DNA of 64,000 nucleotides from Sphingomonadaceae bacterium. Its GTDB lineage: Bacteria; Pseudomonadota; Alphaproteobacteria; Sphingomonadales; Sphingomonadaceae. The notes beneath the pieces are model-generated. The model was not told the origin of the DNA, did not search any database, and saw nothing but the letters and a program-made list of their open reading frames with translations. Where the stretch lies: NCBI GenBank assembly GCA_025056155.1, contig JANWWL010000003.1, forward strand, positions 2,245 through 66,244, given 5' to 3'. Shown here one piece after another: positions 31,337 through 41,480 of this stretch (positions within the stretch are counted from its first letter, which is position 1; each line of letters opens with the position of its first letter). The translations under genes were made by a program, and so were the position numbers.

Positions 31337-34249
31337 TCAGAACGTCTTGCGCACGCCCACCGAGAACTGCCGGCCCAAGGGATTGGCCGTGAACGGATCG
31401 TAGTTGAGGTCAAGGCGCGCGAAGCCCGGCTCCTTGTCGAGCAGGTTGAAGACCGAGAAGTTGATCACCAAGTCGCGCGGCAGGTTGAGGTTGTAGCTGA
31501 GGTCCAGCGTGTAGAAGCTCGGGATCCGGTAGACGGGTGGCCGCTGGTCCTCGTAGCCGTTGATGAAGTTGCCCATCAGCCGCAGCTCGTGGTTGCGCCA
31601 GGCCCCGTCGATCCAGGCCTGGAACCGCAGGTTCGACACCGGAAAGGCGCTCGTCTGATAGTTGAGCTTGCCTACGGCGTCGAAGCCCGGCTGCACCACG
31701 ATCCCTTCGGCCAGCAGGTCCGAGATGTCGTAGGTCCGCACCCAGGTGCCCGTGGCCCCCACGCTCGCCCGGAACCGGTCGGTGAACTCGTGGGCGTACT
31801 GCACCAAAAAGTCGATGCCCGAGGTCTCGACGTCGGAGCTGTTCACGTTGAAGGTCCGCCCGCGCACCACCTGGCCCAGGTTGGGCTGCAGCGTCCCGCA
31901 GCCGCCGTCGGGCGGGCCGCCCGAGAAGACGAACCGGCGCACCAGGGGGCTTGCGCAATTGGCGGGCGTGGTGGCCGTCGCCCCCGGCCCGAACACGGCC
32001 GTGAGGATACCGGCGATTCCCTCCGTCACGATCTGGTCCTTGATGTTGTAGGACCAGTAGTCGACGGTGGCGGTGAGGCCGCCGCGGTTCACGGTGAGCC
32101 CCGCCGACCAGGTGAAGGCCGACTCCGGCTTCAGGTCGGGGTTGTCGAAGATGTCGACCCCGCGGAAGGCTCCGCCCAGGAACTGGAACGACGTCGTGAA
32201 GTCCCCCGGCTGGATCAGGTTGGCGGGCGGACCACGGAAGGTGGTGCCCACCGACCCGCGCAGCGCCACCCCGTCCAGGAACTCCCAGCGTACGGTGGCC
32301 TTGGGATCCACGGTCGAGCCAATCCGGCCGCCATAGTCCTCGAACCGGATGGCGGCCGAGACGTCGAGACCGGGCAAGACCGGGGCCTGCACCTCGCCGA
32401 ACAGGGCGATCACGTCGAGCTTGGCGTCGTTGTCGTTGTTGGGGGCGAGGAAGCCGAACAGACCCGACCTCACCACACAGCTGCGATCCCCGAAGTCGAG
32501 GCTGCCAGGGCAGGGAAAATCGTCTTCGTCGTTGTAGGGGCCATAACGGAAGACGCCCTTGTTCTTCCGATACTGGACCCCGGCGGCGTAAGCGGCCTGC
32601 CCGCCCGGCAGCTCGAGGGGCGTGCGGCCCGAGGCCACCGCTTCGGCCACGAACAGGCGGTTGGTCAGCCGCAAGTCAAGGGGCAGCAGGAACCACTCGA
32701 ACACCTCGGGCGCGTTGGCGAGGGCCGGGTTGAAGTTGGGGTTCGTCTGGCCGAAGCGGACGTTCCGCTGGATCCCGTTCGAGAAGGGATTGTACCACAG
32801 GCAGCCGTTCTGGCCCGGCGTGTTGGTACGGCAGTTGGGCCCGCCCAGGCCACGCAGGGCGAGCTGCACGCGGTCCACCACCGAATCGTACTGGAATTGC
32901 CGGCGGAAGTAGCGGTGCCAGGTGATGGCGGCATCCAGGTTGAACGCTTCCGACACGTCCCAGCGGAGGCTGGCGTCCACGTGCACCGATTCCGACCAGC
33001 GCCAGGCGGGCGAGGCCCCGGGCACGCCGTTCACTTCGCCGAAGATGGTGCCCGCCACCATGCTGGTGCGCCAGGTGCCGGCGGCCAGCAGCGCGTTGGT
33101 GGCGCCCAGGGGAAACTGGTCCGGGTTGGCGGCGCGATAGGCGGCAAGCCCCGGATTGGTCTCGGGCACGAAGAACTGCACGCCCAGCGGATTGGCGTTG
33201 CGCGACGGCGCGTTCAGGAACAGGTAGGTGGGCGAGGTGTTCTGGAGCACCTCGGTATGGCCGTAGAGCAGGCTCGTGCGGAAGGTGAGCCGGTCGGTGA
33301 GGTCGACCGTGCCCTCGATGTAGGCCTGAAGCCGGTCCTCCTTCTCGACGAGGTTGAAGTAGTTGGTGAAGTTGGTGGCACAGCGGCCCAGCAGCGGCTG
33401 GCCCGTGACGGGATTGCGGCTCTGCACGATCTCGAAGCCGCCCAGCGTCCCGCAGCCGCGGTCGATCATCAGGCCGGCGGTGGGGCCGAAGCCCGTGCGG
33501 AAGGGAATGAAGGCCGAGGGATTGCCGCCCAGCGACCAGCCGCCGGCCGGGTTTTCGGGGTAGGGCCGGAACGAGAAGTCGCGCTCGGTGGCGTCGATGG
33601 GCGAGCGGTGCTGGAACCCCACCGAAGCCAGGATGCGCGCTCGAGCACCCCGCCAGCCGGCCAGCAGCCCCACGTTCCAGTCGCCCGCCGATTCCTTGAT
33701 GAACCGGTAGTCGCCCGTCACTCGGAAACCTTCGAAGCCGTCGTTGGTGATGAAGTTGACGACTCCGGCGATCGCGTCCGAGCCGTAGGTGGCGGCCGCC
33801 CCGTCGCGCAGGATCTCGAGCCGGCCGATGGCGGCGATCGGCAGGAGGGACAGGTCGACGCCGCCGATGCCCACGGGGGCTTCGGCCAGGCGCCGGCCGT
33901 TCAACAGGACCAGCGTGCGGGCCGGCCCCAAGCCCCGCAGGTTGATGGTGACGACGCCTTCCGCCCCTTGCGCGCGGGCGTCGAATTGGTTGGTGTCGCC
34001 CAAGGCGCCCGACGAAACGGGCAATTGCTTGACGAGATCGAGCGGCGAGGGCGAGCCACGCTTCAAGAGCTCCTCGCTCGAGACGACGCTCACGGGAAGC
34101 GCCCCCGTGGCCTCGAGCCCCCGGATGAGCGTGCCCGTGACGACGATCTCGTCCTGGTCTGCCGCCGCCGTCGTCTGGGCCGCGGCGGGCTGGGTGAGCG
34201 CTGCGGCCATGGCCACGGCACCCCCTGCCCTCAGCAAGGCATCACGCAT
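31337..34249 (-). CDS. TonB-dependent receptor (large, about 970 aa)
   Basis: The ATG at 34249 follows GAGGGAGGA. It has a signal peptide, DEIVVTGTLIRG, VTINLRGLGPARTLVLLNGRR, and ends ...SVGVRKTF. Confidence 0.85.
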   Translation of the reverse strand: MRDALLRAGGAVAMAAALTQPAAAQTTAAADQDEIVVTGTLIRGLEATGALPVSVVSSEELLKRGSPSPLDLVKQLPVSSGALGDTNQFDARAQGAEGVVTINLRGLGPARTLVLLNGRRLAEAPVGIGGVDLSLLPIAAIGRLEILRDGAAATYGSDAIAGVVNFITNDGFEGFRVTGDYRFIKESAGDWNVGLLAGWRGARARILASVGFQHRSPIDATERDFSFRPYPENPAGGWSLGGNPSAFIPFRTGFGPTAGLMIDRGCGTLGGFEIVQSRNPVTGQPLLGRCATNFTNYFNLVEKEDRLQAYIEGTVDLTDRLTFRTSLLYGHTEVLQNTSPTYLFLNAPSRNANPLGVQFFVPETNPGLAAYRAANPDQFPLGATNALLAAGTWRTSMVAGTIFGEVNGVPGASPAWRWSESVHVDASLRWDVSEAFNLDAAITWHRYFRRQFQYDSVVDRVQLALRGLGGPNCRTNTPGQNGCLWYNPFSNGIQRNVRFGQTNPNFNPALANAPEVFEWFLLPLDLRLTNRLFVAEAVASGRTPLELPGGQAAYAAGVQYRKNKGVFRYGPYNDEDDFPCPGSLDFGDRSCVVRSGLFGFLAPNNDNDAKLDVIALFGEVQAPVLPGLDVSAAIRFEDYGGRIGSTVDPKATVRWEFLDGVALRGSVGTTFRGPPANLIQPGDFTTSFQFLGGAFRGVDIFDNPDLKPESAFTWSAGLTVNRGGLTATVDYWSYNIKDQIVTEGIAGILTAVFGPGATATTPANCASPLVRRFVFSGGPPDGGCGTLQPNLGQVVRGRTFNVNSSDVETSGIDFLVQYAHEFTDRFRASVGATGTWVRTYDISDLLAEGIVVQPGFDAVGKLNYQTSAFPVSNLRFQAWIDGAWRNHELRLMGNFINGYEDQRPPVYRIPSFYTLDLSYNLNLPRDLVINFSVFNLLDKEPGFARLDLNYDPFTANPLGRQFSVGVRKTF

Positions 34250-34432
34250 GGTCCTCCCTCCGCACCGCGCCGGCGTTCCGCGCCGGTCTTGCAGCTTCAC
34301 GCCGCCCGGTGCCGGACTCCTTTCTCCGGCCCCGCGCAAGCGGCACGGAAATACCACAGTTGGCGCGCCAACCAAGACGTCGAATGCACGGGCCCTCCGC
34401 GGGCGAGCCGTCTGTGGCCGATCGGCATCACC

Positions 34433-35869
34433 TCATTCGGCGGCTGCCGCGCGGGCGCGCAGCCGGGCCAGGTTGGCGGCGTGGCCGGCACGGTCGAGGC
34501 GATAGGCGAAAAGGCACGCGGCCGCCCCGAGCGTGCCCAGCGCGAAGACCGGCAGATACCACAGCGCCAGGGCCTCGGGCACCTCGGGCGGGACCGCCGC
34601 GGGGTCGACCTTCTGGCGCAAGCCCACCTGACCCAGCATCAACCCGCCCAGGAAGACCCCAAGGCCCGAGACGCACTTCTGCAGGAAACTGTGGGCGGCG
34701 TAGAACAGGCCTTCCGAGCGTCGCCCGGTCTTGAGCTCCTGTTCCTCCACCACGTCCGCGATCATCGCGTGCACCAGCACCATCGAGGCGACCCCGGCCG
34801 AGGCGGCGCAGGCCTGGATCACAAACAGGGCCGCCACCAAGGCATCGGAACCCTTGGGCAGGAAATGGCCCGAGAGCGCCAGCACGAGGGGTGCCGACCC
34901 CAGGACGACGAGCGCCACCGACAGCAACACCGCACCGTTGCGCTTGCCGACGCGCGCCGAGAGCCAGGGGGCCAGCACGATGGCGACGGCGGCCGCCACG
35001 ATCCCATCCAGGGCCAGGATCGACAGCTGCCGGGCCGACAGACCCCAGAAGAAGGTGCCGAAGTAAAGGGCGAGCGCCGACGCCAGCCCCACCATGGTGA
35101 ACTTCATGAACCCGAAGGCCAGGATGGCCAGGAACCCTCGGTGCGCCCAGGCCGCGCGCACCTGGCCCAAGTGCTGCCGCAGCCCGCGCGCCCTGGCCCC
35201 GCCCGCATCCTGCCGAAGCCAGGGGATGCGATGGTGGGTGGCGAGTGCTGAAGCCAGGATGCTGAGCGCCATCACGACGGCCCCCACCAGCGCGAAACGC
35301 GCATAGCCCTCGGGGTTCAGCTGGCCCAGCGGCTGGGTGGGGGTGGGCGTCAGGAACAGGTTGAGCGTGAGGAAGGCCATGCCGTAGCCCCCCAGCACGC
35401 CGAAGAAATAGCGGTAGCTCGCAAGTCGCGTGCGCTCGTCGTAGTCGCTGGCCAGTTCCGGGGCGAGCGAGGAACTGGGGATTTCGTAGAAGGTGATGAG
35501 CGTGCGCACCAGCACCGACAGCCCCAGGATCCAGGCGAAGAGCCCGGCCGAGGACAGGCCGGGGGGTGGGTGGAACAACGCCCAGAAGGCGGCCGCCGCC
35601 GGTAGGGCGGAGGCGTAGATGAAGGGATGGCGCCGGCCCCAGCGGCTGCGCAGGTTGTCGGACAGATGGCCGACCACGGGATCCGACAGCGCGTCGACCA
35701 CGAGGGCCACGAGGATGGCGAGCGACACGAGGTCGGCCGGGACGCCCAGGACCTGGTTGTAGTAGAGCAGAAGGAACGTGCGAAAGGCGACGTCCTTCAC
35801 GCCGTAGGCGGTGCTGCCGAGGCCGTAGAGCAGTTTCGTGTGCAGGCGCAGCGGTGGCGCTGCCGTCAT
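34433..35869 (-). CDS. MFS transporter of the glycoside-pentoside-hexuronide (GPH) cation symporter type
   Basis: The ATG at 35869 follows GGGAGAGGGAGAGG. About 12 hydrophobic segments. The GPH-like motif VDALSDPVVGHLSDNLRSRWGRRHPF is present. Confidence 0.75.
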   Translation of the reverse strand: MTAAPPLRLHTKLLYGLGSTAYGVKDVAFRTFLLLYYNQVLGVPADLVSLAILVALVVDALSDPVVGHLSDNLRSRWGRRHPFIYASALPAAAAFWALFHPPPGLSSAGLFAWILGLSVLVRTLITFYEIPSSSLAPELASDYDERTRLASYRYFFGVLGGYGMAFLTLNLFLTPTPTQPLGQLNPEGYARFALVGAVVMALSILASALATHHRIPWLRQDAGGARARGLRQHLGQVRAAWAHRGFLAILAFGFMKFTMVGLASALALYFGTFFWGLSARQLSILALDGIVAAAVAIVLAPWLSARVGKRNGAVLLSVALVVLGSAPLVLALSGHFLPKGSDALVAALFVIQACAASAGVASMVLVHAMIADVVEEQELKTGRRSEGLFYAAHSFLQKCVSGLGVFLGGLMLGQVGLRQKVDPAAVPPEVPEALALWYLPVFALGTLGAAACLFAYRLDRAGHAANLARLRARAAAAE

Positions 35870-35945
35870 GGGCCTCTCCCTCTCCCGCTGGCCAGCTTGG
35901 CGAGGCCGAGGGCTCGAGGCAACCCAGCGCGAGGAGGAGGGGAGG

Positions 35946-36899
35946 ATGGCCGGACTGCGGATGACCGTGGCCGACTTCGTGCCCATCGCCCGCGGGATCG
36001 AGCGGCCCGAGGATATCGTGGTGGCGCCCGGCGGCGAGGTTTACGCCAGCGAGCACCGGTGCTGCGTGGCCCGCCTGGAGGCCGACGGCGGGTTCACGCG
36101 GCTGGGCCCGGCCGGGGGGGCGCCCAACGGGCTGGCCATGGACCGCACGGGCCGGATCGTGGTCGCCAACTTCGGAATCTACGACCGCGCGGCCGGGCCG
36201 CTCCAGCGGTTCGACCCGCGGACCGGCGTGCACGAGACCCTGGTGGCCGAGATCGAGGGCCGACGGCTCACCTCGTGCAACTATCCGCTGGTGGCCGACG
36301 ACGGGACCATCTGGTGCACCCATTCGACGTTCGCCGACACCTGGCCCCAGGCGCTCGACGGGCGGCCGGACGGGTTCGTCTTCGCGCTCCTTCCCTCCGG
36401 AGAGGTGAAGGTCGCCGCACGAGGGCTCAGGTTCCCGAATGGCTGCGCCCTGTCCGCCGACGGCCGGCATCTGTACGTGTGCCAGACGAGTGCGGCCAAC
36501 GTGCTGCGCTTTCCCGTGCACGGGCCAGGCGAGCTCGGACCGCCCGAACCCTTCGGGCCCGTGCTGGGCCCGCTGCTCGAGGGACCGGTCGATCCCGCCC
36601 GCCCTCCGCCCCTCCAGATCGCGCAGCACCTGGGCTACACCGACGGCTGCGGCTTCGACGCGGAGGGCAACCTGTGGGTGACGCTGCCCGCCGCGAACAA
36701 GATCGTGGCCATCCATCCCGACGGATCGGTCACGACGGTGGTCCACGACCCCGAGGGGCAGGTCGTCGATCATCCGACCAACGTGGAGTGGGGCGGGCCG
36801 GATCTTCGGGACCTCTACGTGGGCTCGATCCGGGCGGCCTATGTGCTGAAGGCCCGCAGCCCGGTGCCGGGCCAGCCCAAGGTGCATCAGCGGCCCTGA
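35946..36899 (+). CDS. SMP-30/gluconolactonase/LRE-family beta-propeller protein
   Basis: The ATG at 35946 follows GGAGGAGGGGAGG. Motifs LRFPNGCALSADGRHLYV and DGCGFDAEGNLWV are present. Confidence 0.7.
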   Translation: MAGLRMTVADFVPIARGIERPEDIVVAPGGEVYASEHRCCVARLEADGGFTRLGPAGGAPNGLAMDRTGRIVVANFGIYDRAAGPLQRFDPRTGVHETLVAEIEGRRLTSCNYPLVADDGTIWCTHSTFADTWPQALDGRPDGFVFALLPSGEVKVAARGLRFPNGCALSADGRHLYVCQTSAANVLRFPVHGPGELGPPEPFGPVLGPLLEGPVDPARPPPLQIAQHLGYTDGCGFDAEGNLWVTLPAANKIVAIHPDGSVTTVVHDPEGQVVDHPTNVEWGGPDLRDLYVGSIRAAYVLKARSPVPGQPKVHQRP

Positions 36900-37083
36900 C
36901 GCGGCCGAGGCCCCCTTGCCCCGGCGTCGGGCGGGCGGCCGAAGCGCCGTTCGTGGCCGCGGTGCCCGCCGAGCGCCTGGCGTGGGGGCGGCGACGGGCG
37001 TTGGGGCCTGCCGCGACCCGCGGCCTCGGGGCCGGGCCCGACCCGGGAGCGCGCGCCACCCCGGGGCTCTGGGGCGCGCCCCC

Positions 37084-38433
37084 TCAGTCGGGCCGCTTGG
37101 TGAACCAGGCCTCGGGGTTGTCGAGCTGGGCGTGATAGGCGTTCGTCGCGGCCACGACCGCCTCGAGGCGGGTCGTCTGCTGGCCAACCCGCGACGGCAG
37201 GCTCGCCCCCACCCCAGCCACGTGGGCCACCGAACCGGGCAGGATCCGGAACGCCGCGACGGGGGGCGCCTCGGCGTCGCTGCGCGGCGGCAACACGTCG
37301 GTCCAGGCCACCTGGCCGCCGAACTTGGGGTCGATGATGTCGAGGTTGCCGACCACGATCTGGCCCGTGTTGCTGCCGTAGTGCGAGGCCAGGTTGCGCT
37401 CGATCCGGGTGTTGACGTTGCGGAAGGTCCAGATCCGGGCGGTCTGGCCACCGCTGGTGCGCCCCGTGTCGTCGGGCGGGGTGAGCTTTTCGCGATCGCC
37501 ATGGGCGCTCGAGACCACGGTGTTGCGCAGGATGTAGCCGTTGCGCACGCCGCCGAAGCGCAGCGAGTTGGCCGCCGAGCCGAAGTAGACGTTGTTGCGC
37601 ACCTCGATGCGCACGTGCATCAGGTGCTCGTTCTCGGCCCCCGCCTCGCCACCGCCGGCCACGAAGAAGCCCTGCACGGCCCGCGGCCCGCCAAGGGCGA
37701 GGTAATTGTCGGCCATGGCCACGTTCGAGCTGCCGGTGGTCTCGTTGGTCGTCCAGAACTGGATGGCGTCGGGATGCTCGTCCTTCGCGTAGTTGGGCTG
37801 GATGTTCCGGATGAGGTTCCGCCGTACCAGCATCCGGTCCATGGCGGCGATGTTGAGCCCCTCGCGCACCCATTCGACGGTGCAGTCGGCCAGGATGACG
37901 CGCTGGCTCCGCTGGAAGAACGCGGCCTTCCGCAAGTCCGCAAAGCGGCTGTTGGTCACCGTGACACGGCTCGAATTGCGCACGTAAAGGCCCGTGTTCT
38001 CGTCGTCCCACGCGTCCTTGTTGGGCGTGGCGCCCGTGAAGGTGAAGCCGCCCAGGCGGATGTCGGTCGACTGGTTGACGGCGACCAAGGGGTTGCGCGG
38101 GCCCAAGACGGCAAGGCCATAGAGGGCCCAGCCGCTGCTGCCGGCCACGACGACGCCCGAGAACCGCGGCCTGGCCCCCGAGGCCGGTCGGATCTGCACC
38201 GGAGGGCCCTCATGCTGGCGGCCATCGATGCGCAGGAGGCCATAGTCGGCGGTGGCAAGCTCGATCGTGTCGCCGGCGCGGGCCGCGGCCACCGCGGCGG
38301 CGAGGCCCTGCGCATCGCTGACCGGGAAGACGGCGGCACGGGCCCCGGTTGGCGAAAGCGGCGGGAAGGCGAGGAGGGCCCCGACGGCCAGACGCAAGCC
38401 GGCCCGGCGCCCGACGGCAGGGTGAAGGAACAT
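37084..38433 (-). CDS. secreted right-handed parallel beta-helix repeat protein (possible glycan-active enzyme)
   Basis: I place the start at MFLHPAVGRRAGLRLAVGALLAFPPLSPTGARA. AGDTIELATADYG and repeated N.S.V.V.N coils are present, as is the motif EHPDAIQFW. It is a paralog of the ORF at 57763-58761. Confidence 0.65.
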   Translation of the reverse strand: MFLHPAVGRRAGLRLAVGALLAFPPLSPTGARAAVFPVSDAQGLAAAVAAARAGDTIELATADYGLLRIDGRQHEGPPVQIRPASGARPRFSGVVVAGSSGWALYGLAVLGPRNPLVAVNQSTDIRLGGFTFTGATPNKDAWDDENTGLYVRNSSRVTVTNSRFADLRKAAFFQRSQRVILADCTVEWVREGLNIAAMDRMLVRRNLIRNIQPNYAKDEHPDAIQFWTTNETTGSSNVAMADNYLALGGPRAVQGFFVAGGGEAGAENEHLMHVRIEVRNNVYFGSAANSLRFGGVRNGYILRNTVVSSAHGDREKLTPPDDTGRTSGGQTARIWTFRNVNTRIERNLASHYGSNTGQIVVGNLDIIDPKFGGQVAWTDVLPPRSDAEAPPVAAFRILPGSVAHVAGVGASLPSRVGQQTTRLEAVVAATNAYHAQLDNPEAWFTKRPD

Positions 38434-38708
38434 GAGCGCGACCCCTGTTGTGGGCGAGCGCTTCCAGATCCGGCCGGTGCGGAGTGCTGGAAGAGACCCG
38501 GCACCCACCACCGGAGCGGGGCCCGGCCCGCCCGTTAACCATGTTGCGCCGCGGCCGTGCCCGACCCGCCGCCAAACCGTCAAACAAGCGAACGACAGCT
38601 CGTCGCGCCAAGGGCACGGCCGGTCGGGCCAGCCGAACCAAAGCGCGCAGCTGTGGCCTCTCGGCCACGCCCTTGGCCCGCCGCCCGGCCGCGGGCTATG
38701 CCCCGCTC

Positions 38709-41480
38709 ATGACCCGCCCGCCCCATCTCACCCTCGTCGACGGGTCGGGCTTCATCTTCCGCGCCTATCACCGCCTGCCCCCGCTGACCGACCCCAGCGG
38801 CACCCCGGTCGGCGCGGTCTACGGGTTCACGGCCATGCTCTGGCAACTCGTCGAGGAGGCCCGGAAGAGCCCTGAAGACGATTACATGGCCGTGGTGCTC
38901 GACGCGGCCCGCACGAGCTTCCGCAATCAGCTCTATCCGCCCTACAAGGCCAACCGGCCGGAGCCGCCGGAAGATCTCGTCCCCCAATTCCCCCTCATCC
39001 GCGACGCGGTGCGGGCGCTGGGTCTCGTCTGTCTCGAGCGCGACGACGTCGAGGCCGACGACGTCATCGCTTCCTACGCCGAAGCGGCCCTGGCCGAGGG
39101 CTTCGAGGTCACCATCGTGTCGTCGGACAAGGACCTGATGCAGCTCGTTCGCCCCGGCCTGCGCCTTAGGGACACGATGGGCGACCGTTGGTTCGACGAG
39201 GCGGCGGTCGAGGCGAAGTGGGGCGTGCCGCCTGCCCAACTGGCCGAGGTGCTGGCGCTCATGGGCGATTCCGTCGACAACGTCCCCGGAGTGCCCGGCG
39301 TGGGCCCCAAGACGGCGGCCGAACTGGTGCGCCGCTTCGGCTCGGTCGAGGGCGTGCTGGGACACCTCGCGGAAATCCCCCGGCCGCGCCTGAAGGACCA
39401 GCTTGCCGCCCACGCCGACGCCCTGCGCCTCTCGCGCCGGCTGGTCGAGCTCAAGCGCGACCTCTCCCTCGACCCGCCGCTTGAGGCCCTCAGGCTTCCC
39501 GAGCGGCTCGATGCGGGGCGAGCGGCCGAATTCTTCGCCCGCCACGGCTTCCGGTCGCTGCTGGCCCGCCTGGGGGAAGCCCACCGGCCGGCCCCGCCCC
39601 CGGCCCCCGCCGCCCCACCCACCCCCGGCCGTCTTCCCTTCGGCCCCTATGTCACCGTCACCGAGCTCGACGAGCTCGACCGCTGGATCGTGCGGGCTCG
39701 CGTGGCGGGCATCGTGGCGTTCGACACCGAGACCACGCACCTCGATGCGATGCGGGCCGATCTCGTGGGCTTCTCGCTGGCCGTCGCCCCGGGCGAGGCC
39801 TGCTACGTGCCCTTGGCCCACGTGGCGCCGGCCGCGGCCAGCGGCGAGCGGCCCCGGCAGCTGGCCCCGCACGAGGCGCTTTCCCGGCTCAAGGCCCTCC
39901 TCGAGGATCCGGCCGTCCTCAAGGTGGGCCAAAACCTCAAGTATGACCTCGTCGTGCTGGCCGCCCATGGCATCGAAGTGCGGCCCTACGAAGACACGAT
40001 GCTCCTGTCTTACGCGCTCGAGGGCGGTCTTGGCGGGCACGGCATGGACGAGCTTGCCCAGCGACACCTGGGCCATCGGCCCATCGCCTATTCCGACGTG
40101 GCCGGGCGTCGCTCGTTCGCCGAAGTGCCCATCGACCAGGCCACGGCCTATGCGGCCGAGGATGCCGACGTCACGCTCCGCCTCTACGACCGGCTCAAGC
40201 CCCGGCTCTGGCAGGCGCGGGTCACGCGCACCTACGAGTGGTGCGACCGGCCGCTCGTGCCCGTGGTGGCGGCCATGGAGCGCACGGGCATCCGGGTGGA
40301 CGTAGCCCGGCTCGATGAACTGTCGGCCGAGTTCGCGGGCGAAATGGCCCGGCTCGAGGCCGAGCTCGCCGAACTGGCCGGCCGGCCCTTCCAACCCGGA
40401 AGCCCCAAGCAGCTGGGCGAGATCCTGTTCGGCGAACTGGGCCAGGCCGGCGGGCGCCGCGGCAAGTCGGGCGCCTTCTCCACCGACCAGACCGAACTCG
40501 AGCGAATCGCCCACGAGGCGCGCGACACGCCGGCCGGCCGGATCGCGCGCCTGGTGCTGGACTGGCGCCAGGTGGCCAAGCTGCGCTCCACCTATACCGA
40601 GGCGCTTAAGGCCAGCGTGAACCCCAGGACCGGCCGCGTGCACACGAGCTTCTCGCTGGCCGGCACCTCCACGGGGCGGCTCGCGTCCTCGGATCCCAAC
40701 CTGCAGAACATTCCCGTGCGCACGGCCGAAGGCCGCCGGATCCGCGAGGCGTTCGTAGCCGAGCCCGGCTGGGTGCTCCTGTCGGCCGACTACAACCAGA
40801 TCGAACTGCGCCTGCTGGCGCACGTGGCCGACGTGCCAGAGCTCAAGGCCGCCTACGCGCAAGCGGCCGACATCCACGCGCTCACCGCCCGGCAGCTCTT
40901 CGGCCTGACCGAGGCCCAGCCCGTCGCGCGCGAGCAGCGGGCCACGGCCAAGACGGTGAACTTCTCCATCGTCTATGGCGTCTCGGCCTACGGGCTCGCG
41001 CAGCGGTTGGGCATCGAGCGGGCCGAAGCCCAGCGCTTCATCGACCTCTATTTCGCGCGCTTTCCGGCCATTCCGCGCTACATGGCCGACGCGCGCGAGC
41101 GGGCGCGGGCCCAGGGCTTCGTGACCACGCTCTTCGGCCGGCGCATCCATCTGCCGGGCATCCGATCGAAGAGCCACGCCGAGCGCGGGAACGCCGAGCG
41201 CGCCGCGATCAACGCGCCCATCCAGGGCTCGGCGGCCGACCTCATGCGCCGAGCGCTCGTCCGGATGCCCGCGGCGCTGCGCTCCGCCGGGCTCTTGCGC
41301 ACGCGCCTGTTGCTCAGCGTTCACGACGAGCTTCTGTTCGAAGCGCCCGAGGACGAGGCGGGCCGCGCGGCGGACGTGGTCCGCACGGTCATGGAACGGG
41401 CCGCCGAACCCGCCCTGCATCTGTCGGTGCCGCTGGGCGTGGAAGTGGGCATGGGGCCCAACTGGGGAGCTGCGCATTGA
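38709..41480 (+). CDS. polA: DNA polymerase I
   Basis: I place the start at MTRPPHLTLVDGSGFIFRAYH (5' nuclease domain). 3'-5' exonuclease and polymerase domains follow (ADYNQIELRLLAH, QGSAADL, SVHDEL). 923 aa. Confidence 0.93.
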   Translation: MTRPPHLTLVDGSGFIFRAYHRLPPLTDPSGTPVGAVYGFTAMLWQLVEEARKSPEDDYMAVVLDAARTSFRNQLYPPYKANRPEPPEDLVPQFPLIRDAVRALGLVCLERDDVEADDVIASYAEAALAEGFEVTIVSSDKDLMQLVRPGLRLRDTMGDRWFDEAAVEAKWGVPPAQLAEVLALMGDSVDNVPGVPGVGPKTAAELVRRFGSVEGVLGHLAEIPRPRLKDQLAAHADALRLSRRLVELKRDLSLDPPLEALRLPERLDAGRAAEFFARHGFRSLLARLGEAHRPAPPPAPAAPPTPGRLPFGPYVTVTELDELDRWIVRARVAGIVAFDTETTHLDAMRADLVGFSLAVAPGEACYVPLAHVAPAAASGERPRQLAPHEALSRLKALLEDPAVLKVGQNLKYDLVVLAAHGIEVRPYEDTMLLSYALEGGLGGHGMDELAQRHLGHRPIAYSDVAGRRSFAEVPIDQATAYAAEDADVTLRLYDRLKPRLWQARVTRTYEWCDRPLVPVVAAMERTGIRVDVARLDELSAEFAGEMARLEAELAELAGRPFQPGSPKQLGEILFGELGQAGGRRGKSGAFSTDQTELERIAHEARDTPAGRIARLVLDWRQVAKLRSTYTEALKASVNPRTGRVHTSFSLAGTSTGRLASSDPNLQNIPVRTAEGRRIREAFVAEPGWVLLSADYNQIELRLLAHVADVPELKAAYAQAADIHALTARQLFGLTEAQPVAREQRATAKTVNFSIVYGVSAYGLAQRLGIERAEAQRFIDLYFARFPAIPRYMADARERARAQGFVTTLFGRRIHLPGIRSKSHAERGNAERAAINAPIQGSAADLMRRALVRMPAALRSAGLLRTRLLLSVHDELLFEAPEDEAGRAADVVRTVMERAAEPALHLSVPLGVEVGMGPNWGAAH

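Noticed and set aside
30959-35251. Very long ORFs on the strand opposite to confidently assigned genes. Examples are 30959-35251 (+, 1430 aa), 46039-49017 (-), 42666-44894 (-), 59842-62379 (-), 24896-26749 (+) and the 5' two-thirds of 26157-28595 (+).
   Set aside because: Their translations are Arg/Gly/Pro/Ala-rich and low in complexity, with no recognisable motifs. They mirror real genes (TonB receptor, pnp, clpB, ALDH and others). Open antisense frames of this kind are expected at this GC content.
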